Shown here in pieces: positions 35,201-47,560 of a stretch of 64,000 nucleotides of DNA. The notes beneath the pieces are model-generated. The model was not told the DNA's origin, searched no databases, and worked only from the letters and a program-made list of their open reading frames with translations. Location: assembly GCF_004010195.1 (NCBI RefSeq), contig NC_057726.1, positions 62,246,850-62,310,849 on the forward strand. Reading direction: 5' to 3'. Source of the DNA: Chiloscyllium plagiosum. Its lineage: Eukaryota. Numbering within the stretch: position 1 is the stretch's first letter; each line of letters begins with the position of its first letter. A program made the translations under genes and the position numbers.

Positions 35201-37733
35201 GTGTCCAGTTCTGGTCGCCCTGTTGGAGGGAGGATATCATCAAACTGGAGAGGGTTCCGAAAAGATTTACGAGGATGTTGCCAGGAATGGAAGGTTTGAG
35301 TTACAGGAAGAGGCTGGATAGACTGGGACGTTTTTCAAAGGAATATAGGAGGTTGAGGGATGATGTAACAGAGGTTCTTTTTAATCATGAGAGGTAAACA
35401 TACGGGAAATGGCAGGTGTTCTTTTCCTGTGGTGGGAGACTTCAAGACTAAGGGGTATTTTCTAAGGTGTGAGGCGAAAAAATTAAAAAGAATGTAGGGC
35501 AACACTTTTACACAGAGAAGATTTCATGTGTGAAATGAGCTTCAAGAGGAAGTGGTGAACTGTGGTCGAGTTACAACGATTAAAAGACATGAATCAGAAA
35601 TGTTTGGAGCGATATGAGCCAAGAGCAGGCGGGCGCGGCTATTATAATTTGGGATTATGGCTTGTATAGGCTGGCTGGAATCTGTTTACGTGCTGTATGA
35701 CTTTTATTGTTATTGACTCGGTGTATAAAAGGAAAGAATGTTTGCGGAGAATGACTAATAGTTGGTGATTTAAAGTATTGACAATAAATTGCCTTCAATT
35801 TTAATGTTTGCCTTGATGTATTAGAAAGGATTTCCGTGAACACTCTTCCTGAATAGTAAGAGCCACGAGGTTTACGGTGGAAATCTGTATAAATTGTACA
35901 GGAAGATGGCTCTCCTTTTTGCACTGTTAGCTTCCTACTTCAGGGATCGTATGTGAAGCAGTACCTGAAGTCTGCAGTGAGCTAGGAAAGGTGAACAGAT
36001 ATATCTGGTGTTACTTGGGATAAGTTGCATCTCAACCAAAGAGTTGGAAACTCCATTCAGCCCATCGGGGTTCTTCGCATTAGTTATACGTATCACTATT
36101 GCGTTCTCAATGTCATTTTTATATCAGGTGATCGTGAGTTCCGACGGATGAAATGAAGCTGTTTCACACGCGAGTATCAGAGACAACAGTGGAATTCATT
36201 TCAAGTGGCCTGCAGGCAATCCACAGTGAGCTTGGGGTCGCTGAGGGGTAGAAAACAAACAAAGTTGTTACCGGATTTTGATGTGGGAAATTGAATATAA
36301 TTCAGATTAATATTCAGTAGTTTTATGATTAGAACAGCATTCGAAAGGGACACTTCTGTCATTTTAATGTTTCTCACATCATCTGCACCTATGAATTCAA
36401 TGTAAACGCCAGCATGCGATGAATTTCATGACAGCAGCATTTTCCTAGCTGCTATCAATTCGGAACAGGGACCACTGGAGTCGATAATTTAATTGTTTTC
36501 TCTATACCGACACTGCCAGACTTTCTGAGTTTCTCCAGCAACTTCTGCTTTTGCTTCAGATTTCCAGCATGCAAAATTCTTTGTTTTAAATTTTGATAGC
36601 ATCAAAATGGGCCAACAGTCGTCTATGTACTGGGAGAAGCACATTATTCTGGGTGATTTTCAATTACCATATGTTTGCAATTTGTCCAGAATTTTCTCAA
36701 TCGGGCACATATTATATAACGTACATAATGTACATAATAAGTATGTTATGTTTGCAGTTCTAATCAATCTGATTAAACTTCATTTGTTTTCGAGTTTTGA
36801 GAAGATTTGTAGCTCAGATTGAGTTTCTGGATGTAGGTTTGCTCGCTGAGCTGTAAGGTTCGTTTTCATTTGTTTGTAGTGCTCTTGAGTCCGGCTTTAT
36901 TTGTCTGCCGCTACACCACGGAAGATGAAAGTACGATTTATCTGAAAATGTGCTGATAGTCATGCTTTTACTGACAAAAAAAAACGCAACACAATAATCA
37001 CAAAAGCAAAAAATAGTACTGCGGTTGCTGGAAATCTGAAACTAGCTTGGATATGGCTGGAGAAATTCAACAGGTCTGGCGGCATCTGTGGAAATAAACA
37101 GATATGACTCTTCGTCAGTACTCAACTCTGCTTCTCTCTCCACAAGCGACCTGATCCACCATTTAAATCACAAAACACCACTAATTGCCTTTGATGTATT
37201 TACAACTGTTCGTCTTCCTGGTGATTGTCACCTACCATCCCCGCATCCTTGATGTGATCCGATCCTTGTTGAATACTGTACAGTAATGAAGTCCAAAATC
37301 TTGGATAGTCACTTGCAGCAAGCATAGGAGAGCACTCCCTTCACGGCTAACACCAAATTGCTTTCTGCTATTGCCGGGGATTAGGAATTAATTCTCGCCC
37401 TGTTTCCACCAATGCTCATTTAGCGAGGAATCCTCCCCAGAGGTGGGAAAGAAGCAGATCAAGGCGATATTCTTCCTTCTGGATATAAATACTTCTTTAG
37501 GTTTTTGAATAACACCGAAAACAGCGTGTTCCTCAGTTGCCAGAAAATAGGGTCATAGATAATTTAATAGTACTGGGCAAAGCATGCAGATCGAAGAGGG
37601 AGAAAAGATCTTATTTTGCGGAATTATATTTCGGTAAATAAATATACGATAAATTGATTTAGGTAGGGTGATGATCAAAGAGGTATTTACCTGTACAAAT
37701 AATATCCCTGAGAATCAAGCATTGGAAAACCAT
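32250..37733 (-). pseudogene. Gene B: pseudogene paralog of gene A (leader-V-C1-TM-3 cytoplasmic exons)
   Basis: Leader 37733-37691. V exon 37536-37236 (acceptor CAG>CAA, TAA at 37390-37388, G strand frameshifted). C1 exon 36240-~35922 (frameshifts, conserved Trp>TGA at 36126-36124). TM exon 34578-34466 (donor GT>AT). Probable exon 33193-33155 (donor GT>CT). Exon 32671-32571 (GEVTEIVHCAALDLSRGKK). Terminal exon from 32388 with stops. V domain about 40% identical to gene A by hand alignment. Confidence 0.88.
35090..35705 (+). mobile_element. CR1 LINE 3' fragment in gene B intron 3
   Basis: RPLLEYCVQFWSPCWREDIIKLERVPKRFTRMLPG. Confidence 0.85.
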
Positions 37734-37810
37734 ACTCACTTTTCATTCTGAACACTAAATTTAATTGATACCTTTCAACACTAACTACGAGACTGCAACA
37801 TTGAAAGATA

Positions 37811-37853
37811 ACTTCCGGTTAGAGTTCCATCACTTGTGAGGCTTATGACGTTT
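37811..37853 (-). promoter_or_regulatory. Gene B proximal promoter module: ETS site (ACCGGAAGT on minus strand) plus CRE/ATF half-site
   Basis: TTCCGG at 37813-37818 and ATGACGTTT at 37845-37853, positionally homologous to gene A. Confidence 0.5.
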
Positions 37854-38810
37854 GTCTTCCTGTAACTGCGGCTTCTGCAAATAGGCTTCATTTGTTAGGC
37901 CCAATCTTTGCATTGACACTGAAAGACATGCGCCGTTGACAGAACGGGAAAGATGCGACCTTTTCAAATGTCAAATTTCCCAACACTTACGAGTTCAGTA
38001 ACTAAACATGGTGCGCCACATTAATGCAACCAATTGAACGTTTTGTTGAGCGTGTCAAACGATGCAGGGAAACTCAGAACGCGAAGCAATTAAATGCCGC
38101 TCTTAATTCTTTAAGATAAACGAAGATAAAGTAGGACACTATACATGCGACAGACGTCAGGTGCATAACTGAACTAAGAACCAGGTCGATATAGATTCGA
38201 ATGGGAACTGAAAAGGCAGATTAGAGAAGCTGAAAGAGAGATTATGAGTGGTGAAAAAGCACACCAAAAAGCTTTTCATGGCATTCAATGACTAAAGGCT
38301 GGTAAGAAATGGATTGTGGCCGAGCAGGGTCCAAAAAGCGGATGTAACAATTGAACGGTAGGGATGGCCGAACTACTGAATGCCAATTTGTAAATGTCTC
38401 CTTGAAGAGAGTGCTGCCCTGCTCATGGCGAAAGGATGGATGTTTCGTGCGTTGAAGGTGTTTAAAATTTGATAACAACGAAGCACTGAAAAGACTTTTT
38501 ATGTTACGTTGAAAAGGAATCGGGACGAGATGAGATGCAAGCGATGTTACCAGGCCAAAAAGAGTGGCAATTGTGGACTCACTGGCTGTTGTGAGATAAC
38601 TGAAGGGACTCGATACAAATTAGTAGCAAATTGATAGAATGGAGAACTGCCTCAGAAAGTTTCAAGAAACATCTCAAAAATTTGACTGATCTCTAGATAT
38701 ACATACCGGTTCTGAAAAAATCAAAAATGCCCACAGTTGCATCAGTGCGTCTACACTTTTTGTTCCTTATACTCTTCTGAAAAAAATAAGCTAAACCTCG
38801 CTTTCGTTTA

Positions 38811-39103
38811 TGGGTGGCACAGTGGTTAGCACTGTTGCCTCACAGCGCCAGAGACCCGGGTTCAATTCCCGCCTCAGGCAACTGTCTGTGTGGAGTTTGC
38901 ACGTTCTTCCTGTGTCTGCGTGGGTTTCCTTCGGGTGCTCCGGTTTCCTCCCACAGTCCAAAAATGTGAATTTGCCACGCTAAATTGCCCGTAGTGTAAG
39001 AAGAAGGGGTAAATGTAGGGGAATGGGTCTGGGTGGGTTGCTCTTCGGAGGGTCGGTGTGGCCTTGTTGGTCGAAGGGCCTGTTTCCACACCGTAAGTAA
39101 TCT
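38811..39103 (+). mobile_element. HE1-type tRNA-derived SINE
   Basis: A box tggcacagtgg, B box gggttcaattccc, tail gtaagtaatct. Confidence 0.9.
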
Positions 39104-40587
39104 CAAAAATAAAAAAAACTCTTCTACATCAAAATATCTGGTCCCTTGCCTTCTCTGCCGAAATCCATTTCCCATCTTCGTTATTTGTCCTTTTCGATTA
39201 CCTGTTACCTGCTATTATCAGGAAAACTACTCCCTCCTCAGATCAGCATTATCCCCTCCCAGCATTGTTGATGGCATATACCCTAAAAAGTCGTTGGTCC
39301 TAAAACGTTTTGCAACCCCAGCAAGACTAATTAAAGTTTAAATGCCATGTATCCATGAAACTTCAAGCATTAACCTCTTCAGTTTTCTCCCTTTCCCCCA
39401 AGAGTACAAAGTGCTTCCAGTGCCGCCATAAAGTTATACACAGAAACATCCCACCCCAACTGAATGGTCAGTGCTAAATCTGGCTTCTCTCAAAGGGCAG
39501 TGTGACGGACTTCGTACTCCCCTTTATTTCCTAAATTGGAGGTGGGGTCACCCTAGCTAGACAGTAGGTTCGCATATCAGGATTACTTTCTGAACCTAAG
39601 TAGCTGTGGTTACCACATCAACTTTCATAGTACCTCTCCTGCAGTGCAGGCAATAATCTACCGATAAGAAAACGTAATGAGTAGTTGAACCACATTGGAA
39701 ACAATTCCAATCCATGGGTGAACATTCAACAAAACACTCCATTCCCAAATAGCCACCACCATGTCGTATTCAATCCTTCATTTAAGTCTGTCTCCAGCCA
39801 CTTGGATAACTGTTGGACGGGGAGTCTCTGCTTCATTTTCACCTGGGACTCGCTTGGTCGGATTCAGTAAATGGTTTAACAGTTCAAGGATTCGCTTCCC
39901 CTCGGGAAACAGGTCTCTCAGACTACAGTTTTGTTTGAGGTTGGCTGTTACAATCAGCTCCTGGGCAGAGCCATCAATATTTTCTATACACCTTATTAAG
40001 AATGCTTTTTAATACCACTCGAGCAGGGAGGACTTGAACCCAAAGAGCTACTGAAGGCCTTTTTAGTTTTGAACATGCACACCAGCTGCTGTCCTGGGAT
40101 TTGAACCAAGTCGCCAGATCCTCAACATTGCTACTTCAGTCACATTACCATTACACCACCCTCTTCCCAGCTACGCACCCTGACAACTGGGAACAATTTT
40201 CTGTTACTTTTGTTATTTTAATCAAACTGCTCAGGGATGTTATAACACACTTATAGAGCACGTGGAACATGAACCCTTCCCCATTGTCTGCTCAGAAGTA
40301 GGAACACTACCACTGCACCACATATTATGAAATTTCCAATGACTGCTGTTGCCTTGAGATTGAATCAGAAGTTTGAGTTAATAACTGGAAAGTGATGATA
40401 AGCATACTGACCCCACCAAGGCTTATCTGAGCCACGTAATTGTTTTCTTTACCATGATATGCCACCTACGTGGTTGGTTTGAGATAAAGTTAAGCAATGG
40501 AGTCCCAGCCAGCAATGCTGAGGTCCCACACGTGGATAAAAACAAAAATCTACATTAAATATCAGCTGTAGTAAAAAGTAAAAGAAG

Positions 40588-41150
40588 TCAGAGTCATAGT
40601 CATACAATAATACAGCACAGAAACAGACCCTTTGGTCCAACTCGTCCATGCTGACTCATTATCCTAAACTAATCTAGTCCTAAATGCCAACATTTGGCCC
40701 ATGTCCCTCTCAACTCGTCCTATTCCTGTATCCATCCAGATGCATTTTATGTATTGTAATTATAGCAGTCCCCATTACTCCCTCTGGCAACTTGTTCCAT
40801 ACGCACACCATCCTCTGTGTTAAAACTTTGCCCCTGAGTCCCCTTTAAAACCTTTCCCTTTTCACCTCAAACCAACAGCCTCTAGTTTTGGCCTTCCCTG
40901 ACCTGGGAAAAATACCTTGGCTATTTATCCTATCCAAGCCCCTCATAATTTTATAAATCTCTATACGGTCACCCCTCAGCCTCCGAAAAGCACCTGCCTA
41001 TTCAGCCTCTCCTTGTTGCTCAATCCCTCCAATCCTGGCAACATGCTTATGAAGCCTTTCTGCACACTTTAACAACGTCTTTCCTATAGCAGGGAGATCA
41101 GAATTGAATACAGTATTCTATAAGTGGCCTAACCAGTGTCCTTTACAGCA
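40588..41150 (-). mobile_element. CR1 LINE 3' fragment
   Basis: Reverse complement of the 3' end of 1-3464. Confidence 0.85.
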
Positions 41151-41444
41151 GGTTTCTCCCTCATCAAAGACTGAATACTATTGGTGAGTTTCATTTGAAG
41201 GTTATCAGGCTCAAGTGGGCGACACTAAAAGTGAACTATGTCAGAAAGTTCAGTCTGCCATGAAAAGTAGAAATTCATGAGCAGACGAGGCAGCAAAGTG
41301 GGCAGCAGGATTTGCATTCCCAGAAAAGGTAGCAACATAGGCTAATGGTCTAAAGGAGAACAATAGGCAGAAAATACATAAGGAGACATAAAGAGTCAAA
41401 TTGGAGCAGTAGGAGAAAACAGAAAATGGAAAAAGTTAAATGCT

Positions 41445-41860
41445 GGGACTGCTTCCACCAGGACACCTTTGGTCCACGCCTCCTCCACTCCAAATGCTCT
41501 TCACTCCCGCATGGCACCTCCCCATGCAGTAATAGAAGGTATAACACCTGCCTATTTACATCTTCCCTCCTCACTTTCCAAGGCCCCAGACTCACCTGCA
41601 CTTCACTCAATTTAGTCTAATAAATTCACTGCTCACAATGTGGTCTCTTCTAGATTGGGAAGACAAAATAAAGACTGGGCAGTTACTCTGTGTAACACCT
41701 ATGTTGTGTCAGTTAACAATTTCCTGAGCTGTCGGCAATTCAACACATGACCATGTTTCCTGGAACCATCTATGTCTTGGGCTTTTTGCAGTGCTCCACT
41801 GAGGCTCTTCGCAAGCTAGAAGAACTACTGTGGACTCAATATCGAGTTCAATAATTTTCA
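41445..41860 (+). mobile_element. Penelope-like GIY-YIG fragment
   Basis: TSPCSNRRYNTC..TCTSLNLV followed by decayed IHCSQCGL.IGKT. Confidence 0.65.
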
Positions 41861-42899
41861 TGAGTTACTTCCATGTCCGTTGCCCATGCCCAGACACCAA
41901 GCCATTTCATGACATGCTTGCTTACAGCACAACCAATCTATTTTCTTTTTTGCTAATTGAACAAATGTTTCTAATCAACCTGTTCATAGGTGTTATTGCA
42001 CACCGCTGGAGCAGGTGGACTTGAATCTGGGTTTCCAGGTCCAGGGATTGAGACATTATCATTTTTCCACAAGGGGGCCCCCTGGCAAACCTATTTTCAC
42101 TGATTTAAGTTCCTCATTATCAGCTTTCTCCTTTCCTGGCATACCATTGGAACCAGTTGTGGGGGAGGTGGGACTATTAGAAATTGGACGGTCCGCACCC
42201 AGGCTGGACTGGAACCAACATTCTTGGGGTTGTTTTTGCTAATGCTGTTGGGGCGAATTTAAACTATGTGGAAACTGGATGGGAACCAAATGTGGAGGTT
42301 AGTGGAAAATAAGGAGGTATGAACCAAAGCCAGGAAGGAACTAGATAATGAAGTCAGCGTGATTAAGGATAAGAGTAGACAGGGAGCAGATGATGAATTC
42401 AAAGGGACGGTGAGAAGTTTGTTTTAGTGTGAGAAGTGTAGTGGGTAAGGCAGATGATCCAAGGTTTGGATTCGTACCTGGGAGTACGATATTATTGATA
42501 TTATTGAGACTTGATTGAGGGAAGGACATGATTGGCAACTAAATATCCCAGGATATCAGTGATTCAGGAGGAATACAGAGGGAGTTAAAAAGAGTGGAAG
42601 AGTTGCATTACTGGTCAGAGAGGATGTCATAGCTGTGCTGAAGGAGGGCACTATGGAGGACTCGAGCAGTGAGGCAATATGGACAGAGTTCAGAAATTGG
42701 AAGAATGCAGTAACAATTTTGGGGTTGTACTACAGGCCTCCCAACAGTGAGGGTGAGATAGAGATATAGATATGTAAACAGATTATGGAAAGATGTAGGA
42801 GCAACAGGATGGAGGTGATAGGAGATTTTAATTTTCCCAACATTGACTGTGGTCCACTTAGTGTTAGACATATAGATTGAGCAGAATTTTTAAGGAGCA

Positions 42900-44143
42900 T
42901 CTAACTTAATAGAGTTCTTCGAGGAAGTGACCAAGTTGTTAGATGAAGGAAGGGCTGTTGATGTCATATACATAGACTTCAGTAAGGCATTTGATAAGTT
43001 TCCCCATTGTAGACTAATGGAGAAAGTGAAGTCACATGGTGTGCAGGGTGTTCTGGCTAGGTGGATAAAGATCTGGTTGAGCAACAGGAGACAGAGAGTA
43101 GTAGTTGAAGGGAGTTTCTCGAAATGGAGAAAGGTGACCAGCGGTGTTCCACGGGGGTCAGTATTGGGGCCACTGTTATTTTTAATATACATAAATGATC
43201 TAGAAGAGGGCACTGTTGGTATGATCAGCAAGTTTGCAGATGACACAAAGATTGGTGGAGTGGCAGAAAGCATAAGGGACTGTCAGAGAATACAGGAAGA
43301 TATAGATAGACTGGAGAGTTGGGCGGAAAAGTGGCAGATGGCTTTCAATCAAGAGCCTTTTGTGAGGCAAGTCTAATTCTTGAGCGAATTATACAATGAA
43401 TGGAAGAGCCTTGGGAAAAGCTGATGGGCAGAGAGATCTGGAAGTGCAGGTACATTGTACCCTGAAGATGGCTGCACAGGTGGATAGAGTGGTCAAGAAG
43501 GCATATAGTATGCTTGCCTTCATTGGACGGGGTATTGAGTATAAGAGCTGGCAAGTCATGTTAAAATTGTACAAGACATTGATTCAGCCACATTTAGAAT
43601 ACTGTGTACTGTTCTGGTCGCCACATTACCAAAAGGATGTGGACACTTTGGAGAGGGTGCAGAGAAGGTTTACGAGGATATTGCCCTGGTATGGATGGTA
43701 CTAGCTATGAAGAGACGTTGAGTAGGTTAGGTTTATTTTCACTAGAAAAAAGGAGATTGAGGGGGGACCTGATTGAGGTTCATAAAATCATGAAGGGCAT
43801 AGACAGGGTGGATGGAGACAAGCTTTTTCCCAGGGTGAAGGATTCAATAATGAGAGGTCATGCTTTCAAGGTGAGAGGTGGAAGGTTTAAGGGGGATACA
43901 CGCGGCAAGTACTTCACACAGAGGGTGGTGGGCGTTTGGAACGTGTTGCCAGCAGAGGTGGTAGAGGCAGGCACGGTAGATTCATTTAAGATGCGTCTGG
44001 ACAGATGCACGAGTATGTGGGGAGCAGAGGGATACAAATGCTTAGGAATTGACTGTCAGGTTTAGATAGAGCATTTGGATTGGCTCAGGCTTGGAGGGCC
44101 GAAGGGCCAGTTCCTGAGCTGTACATTTTCTTTGTTCTTTGTT
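42900..44143 (+). mobile_element. Nested 5'-truncated CR1 LINE
   Basis: YIDFSKAFDK, KFADDTKIG, own 3' tail ttctttgttctttgtt. Host sequence resumes at catccagg. Confidence 0.88.
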
Positions 44144-44951
44144 CATCCAGGAGGGTTTTCTAAAGCAGTATGTAAATAATCCAACTCAGGAAGGGGCACA
44201 CTAGACCTATGTGTTGAGGAATGAGCCTGACCAGGTGGTTGAAATTTCAGTAAGGGTTTACTTTGGGAACAGTGATCACAATTCCATAAGTTTTAGAATG
44301 CTCATGGACAAAGATGAGAGTAGTCCCAAAGGAAGAGTGCTAAATTGGGGTAAGGCCAACTATACCATAATTCAGCAGGAGCTGGGAAATGTAGATTGAA
44401 AGCAGCTGTTTGAAGGTAAATCCGCATTTGGTATGTGGCAGACTTTTAAAGAAAGGTTGTTTAGAGTACAGGAGACACATTTCCCTTGAAAATGAGGGAT
44501 AGAAATGGCAAGATTAGGGAACCATGGATGACAGGTGAAATTATGAGACTAGCTAAGACAAAACAGAAAGCATACATAAGGTCTAGACGACTAAAGATGG
44601 ACGAAGCTTTGAAAGCATATTGGGAATGTAGGATCAATCTGAAATAAAGTATGAAGAGGGCTAAATGGGGGCATGAGATATCTTTGGCAAATGTTAAGGA
44701 AAATCCCAAAGCCTTTTATTCATATATAAGGAGCAAGAGGGTAACTAGAGAAAGGGTTGGTCCTCTCAAGGACAAAGGAGAAAAGTTATGTGTGGAGTCA
44801 GGGAAAATTGGTGAGATTCTTAATGAGTACTTTGCATCAGCATTCACCGAGGAGAGGAACATGACAGATGTTGAGGTTAGGCATGGGTGTTTGATTACTC
44901 CAGGTCAAGTCAGCATAAGGTGGGAGGAAATGTTGGGTATTCTAAAATGCA

Positions 44952-45276
44952 GCTGAAAATGTGTTGCTGGAAAAGCGCAGCAGGTCAGGCAGCATCCAAG
45001 GAGCAGGAGAATCGACGTTTCGGGCATGAGCCCTTCTTCAGAAATGAGGAAAGTGTGTCCAGCAGGCTAAGATAAAAGGTAAGAAGGAGGGACTTGGGGG
45101 ATGGGCGTTGGAAATGCGATAGGTGGAAGGAGGTCAAGGTGAGGGTGATAGGCCGGAGTGTGGGTGGGGGCGGAGAGGTCAGGAAGAAGATTGCGGGTTA
45201 AGAAGGCGGTGCTGAGTTTGAGGGTTGGGACTGAGACAAGGTGGGGGGAGGGGAAATGAGGAAACTGGAGAAATCC
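44952..45276 (-). mobile_element. Penelope-like terminal fragment inserted with a 14-bp target-site duplication
   Basis: tattctaaaatgca at 44938-44951 and 45277-45290. Contains a hammerhead core. Confidence 0.88.
45014..45041 (-). ncRNA. Minimal hammerhead ribozyme core (Penelope-associated)
   Basis: CUGAAGA-A-GGGC-UCAU-GCCC-GAAAC-GUC. Confidence 0.7.
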
Positions 45277-46397
45277 TATTCTAAAATGCATTAAGGTGGA
45301 CAAGTCTCCAGGTCCAGATGGGATCTATCTCAGGTTCTTGAGGGAAGTGAAATGGAAATAGCTGGGCCTTAACAGATATCTTTGCAGCATCCTTGAACAT
45401 GGGTGAGGTCTTGGACGACTGGAGAATTGCTAATGTTGTCCCCTTGTGTAAGAAGCATAACAGGGATAATCCAGATAATTATAGACCGGTGAGCCTGACA
45501 TTAGTGATAGGAAAGCTGCTGGAGAAGATACTAAGGGATAGGATCTATTCCTATTTGGAAGAAAATGGGCTTATCAGTGATAGGAAACATGGTTTTGTGT
45601 TTGGAACATCATGTCTTACTTACTTTATAGAATTCTTTGAGGAAATAACAAAGTTGAATGATGAAGGAAGGGCTGTAGATATTATGTACATGGACTTCAG
45701 TAAGGCATTTGATAAGGTTTCCCACGGTAGGCTGATGGAGAAAGTGAAATCACATATGATTCAGGGTGTACTAGCTAGATGGACGAAGAACTGGATGGGA
45801 AACAGTAGAAAGAGAGTAGTAGTGGAGGGGAGTTTCTCAAAATGGAGAACTGTGACCAGTGGTGTTCCATAGTGATTCATGCTGGGACCACTGTTGTTTG
45901 TGATGTACACAAAATGATCTGGAGGAAGATACAGGTGTTCTGGTTAGCAAGTTTGCAGATGACAATTAGATTGGTGGAGTAGCAGATAGTTAAAAGCATT
46001 GTCTGAGAATGCAGCAGAATATATAGATTGGAGAGTTGGGTGGAAAAATGGCAGTTGGAGTTCAATCCGGGCAAATGCGAGGTGATGCATTTTTGAAGAT
46101 CCAATTCAAAAGCAAACTATACAGGAAGTGGAAAAGTGCTGGGAAAAATTGATGTACAGAGAGATCTATTTGTTCAGGTCCTCTGTATCCTGAAGGTGGC
46201 AATGCAGTTCAATAGAGTGGTCAAGAAAGCATACAGTATGCTTTCCTTCATTGGACGGGGTATTGAGTACAACAGTTGGCAGATCATATTACAGTTGTAT
46301 AAGACTTTGGTTTGGCCACATTTGGAATACTGCGTACAGTTCTGGTCCAAAAGGATATAAATGCTTTGGAGAGGATGCACAGGAGGTTCACTATGAC

Positions 46398-46699
46398 TAG
46401 GTTACTTACAGTGTGGAAACAGGCCCTTCAGCCCAACAAGTCCACACCGACCCTGGGAAGAGCAACCCACCCAGACCCATTTCCGTACACCTAACACTAC
46501 GGGCAATTTTAGCGTGGCCAATTCACCTAACCTGCACATCTTTGAACTGTGGGAGGAAACCGGAGCAACCAGAGGAAACCAAGCAGACATGGGGAGAATG
46601 TGCAAACTCCACACAGACAATTGCCCGAGGTGGGAATTGAACCTGGGTCTCTAGCACTGTGAAGCAGCAGTGCTAATCACTGTGCCAACGTGCCGCCCA
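46398..46699 (-). mobile_element. HE1-type SINE nested in CR1
   Basis: Reverse complement of 54358-54680. Confidence 0.9.
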
Positions 46700-47209
46700 T
46701 GCCACCTTGCCGCCATGTTGCCTGGTATGGAGAACACTAGCTATGAAGAGTGGTTGAGTAGATAGTATTATTTTCATTTGAAAGACGGAGGTCGAGGGGA
46801 CCTGATTGAGGTCTAAAAATCATGAGACGTATAGATAGAGTGGATAGCAAGAAGCTTTTTCCCAGAGTGGGAGATTCAATTACTAGGGGTCATGAGGTCA
46901 AAGTGCGTGGGGAAATATTTAGGGAGATATGCATGGAAAGTTCTTTACACAGAGGGTGATGAGTGCCTGGAACATGTTGCCAACAGAAGTGCTGGGGCAG
47001 GCATAGTACCATCATTTAAAATGTGTCTAGATAAATGAATGTGCAGAGACCAGGGGGATACAGATCCTTAGAAAATAGGTGTCAGGTTTAGTCAGAGGAT
47101 CTGGATCAGGCTTGGAAGGCTGAAGGGCCTGTTCCTGTGCTGTAATTTTCTTTGTTCTTTGTCTCTTTGCATGTCTAACTGTCATACAGCTCCCATTGGC
47201 ATCCACCTG

Positions 47210-47560
47210 GGAGAAAGTGAGGGCTGCAGGTGCTGGAGATCAGTGTCAGAAAGTGTGATGCTGGAAAAGCACAGCCGGTCAGGAAGCATAGGAATCATTC
47301 CTGATGAAGAGCTTATGCTCGAAACGTCGATTCTCTTGATCGACTGTGCTTTTCCAGCACCACACTTTTTGACTCTGGGATCCACTTATCGAAGACCACG
47401 CCCTAACCTCGGCAATATGTACTACCTTTCCCAGTTTCTGTGAGTTCTGAAGAACGATCAGTGGATCCGAAACATTAGCTCTGCTTTCTTTCCAAGGATG
47501 CTGCCAGACCTGCTGAGTTTCTTCAGCTTTTCCGCGTTTGTTCGGGCAGTTTCTTTCTTT
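47210..47560. mobile_element. Penelope-like terminal fragments (inverted arrangement)
   Basis: gctggaaaagcacag / ctgtgcttttccagc inverted pair around a hammerhead core. A second degenerate core lies at ~47447-47476. Confidence 0.7.
47301..47328 (+). ncRNA. Minimal hammerhead ribozyme core (Penelope-associated)
   Basis: CUGAUGA-A-GAGC-UUAU-GCUC-GAAAC-GUC. Stem II shows a compensatory change relative to 45014-45041. Confidence 0.72.

Larger units (their letters stand above)
42240..47160 (+). mobile_element. CR1-clade LINE (second subfamily, (ttgttct)n tail) carrying three nested insertions
   Basis: APE and RT motifs colinear across 42240-42899, 44144-44951, 45277-46397 and 46700-47160. Confidence 0.88.

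Noticed and set aside
36222-36260. CACAGTG + 23 nt + AAAACAAAC, resembling a 23-RSS at the start of gene B's C1 exon
   Set aside because: The nonamer matches only 6/9 and is simply the opposite-strand polypyrimidine tract of the splice acceptor. It is not adjacent to a V or J segment and is absent in gene A.
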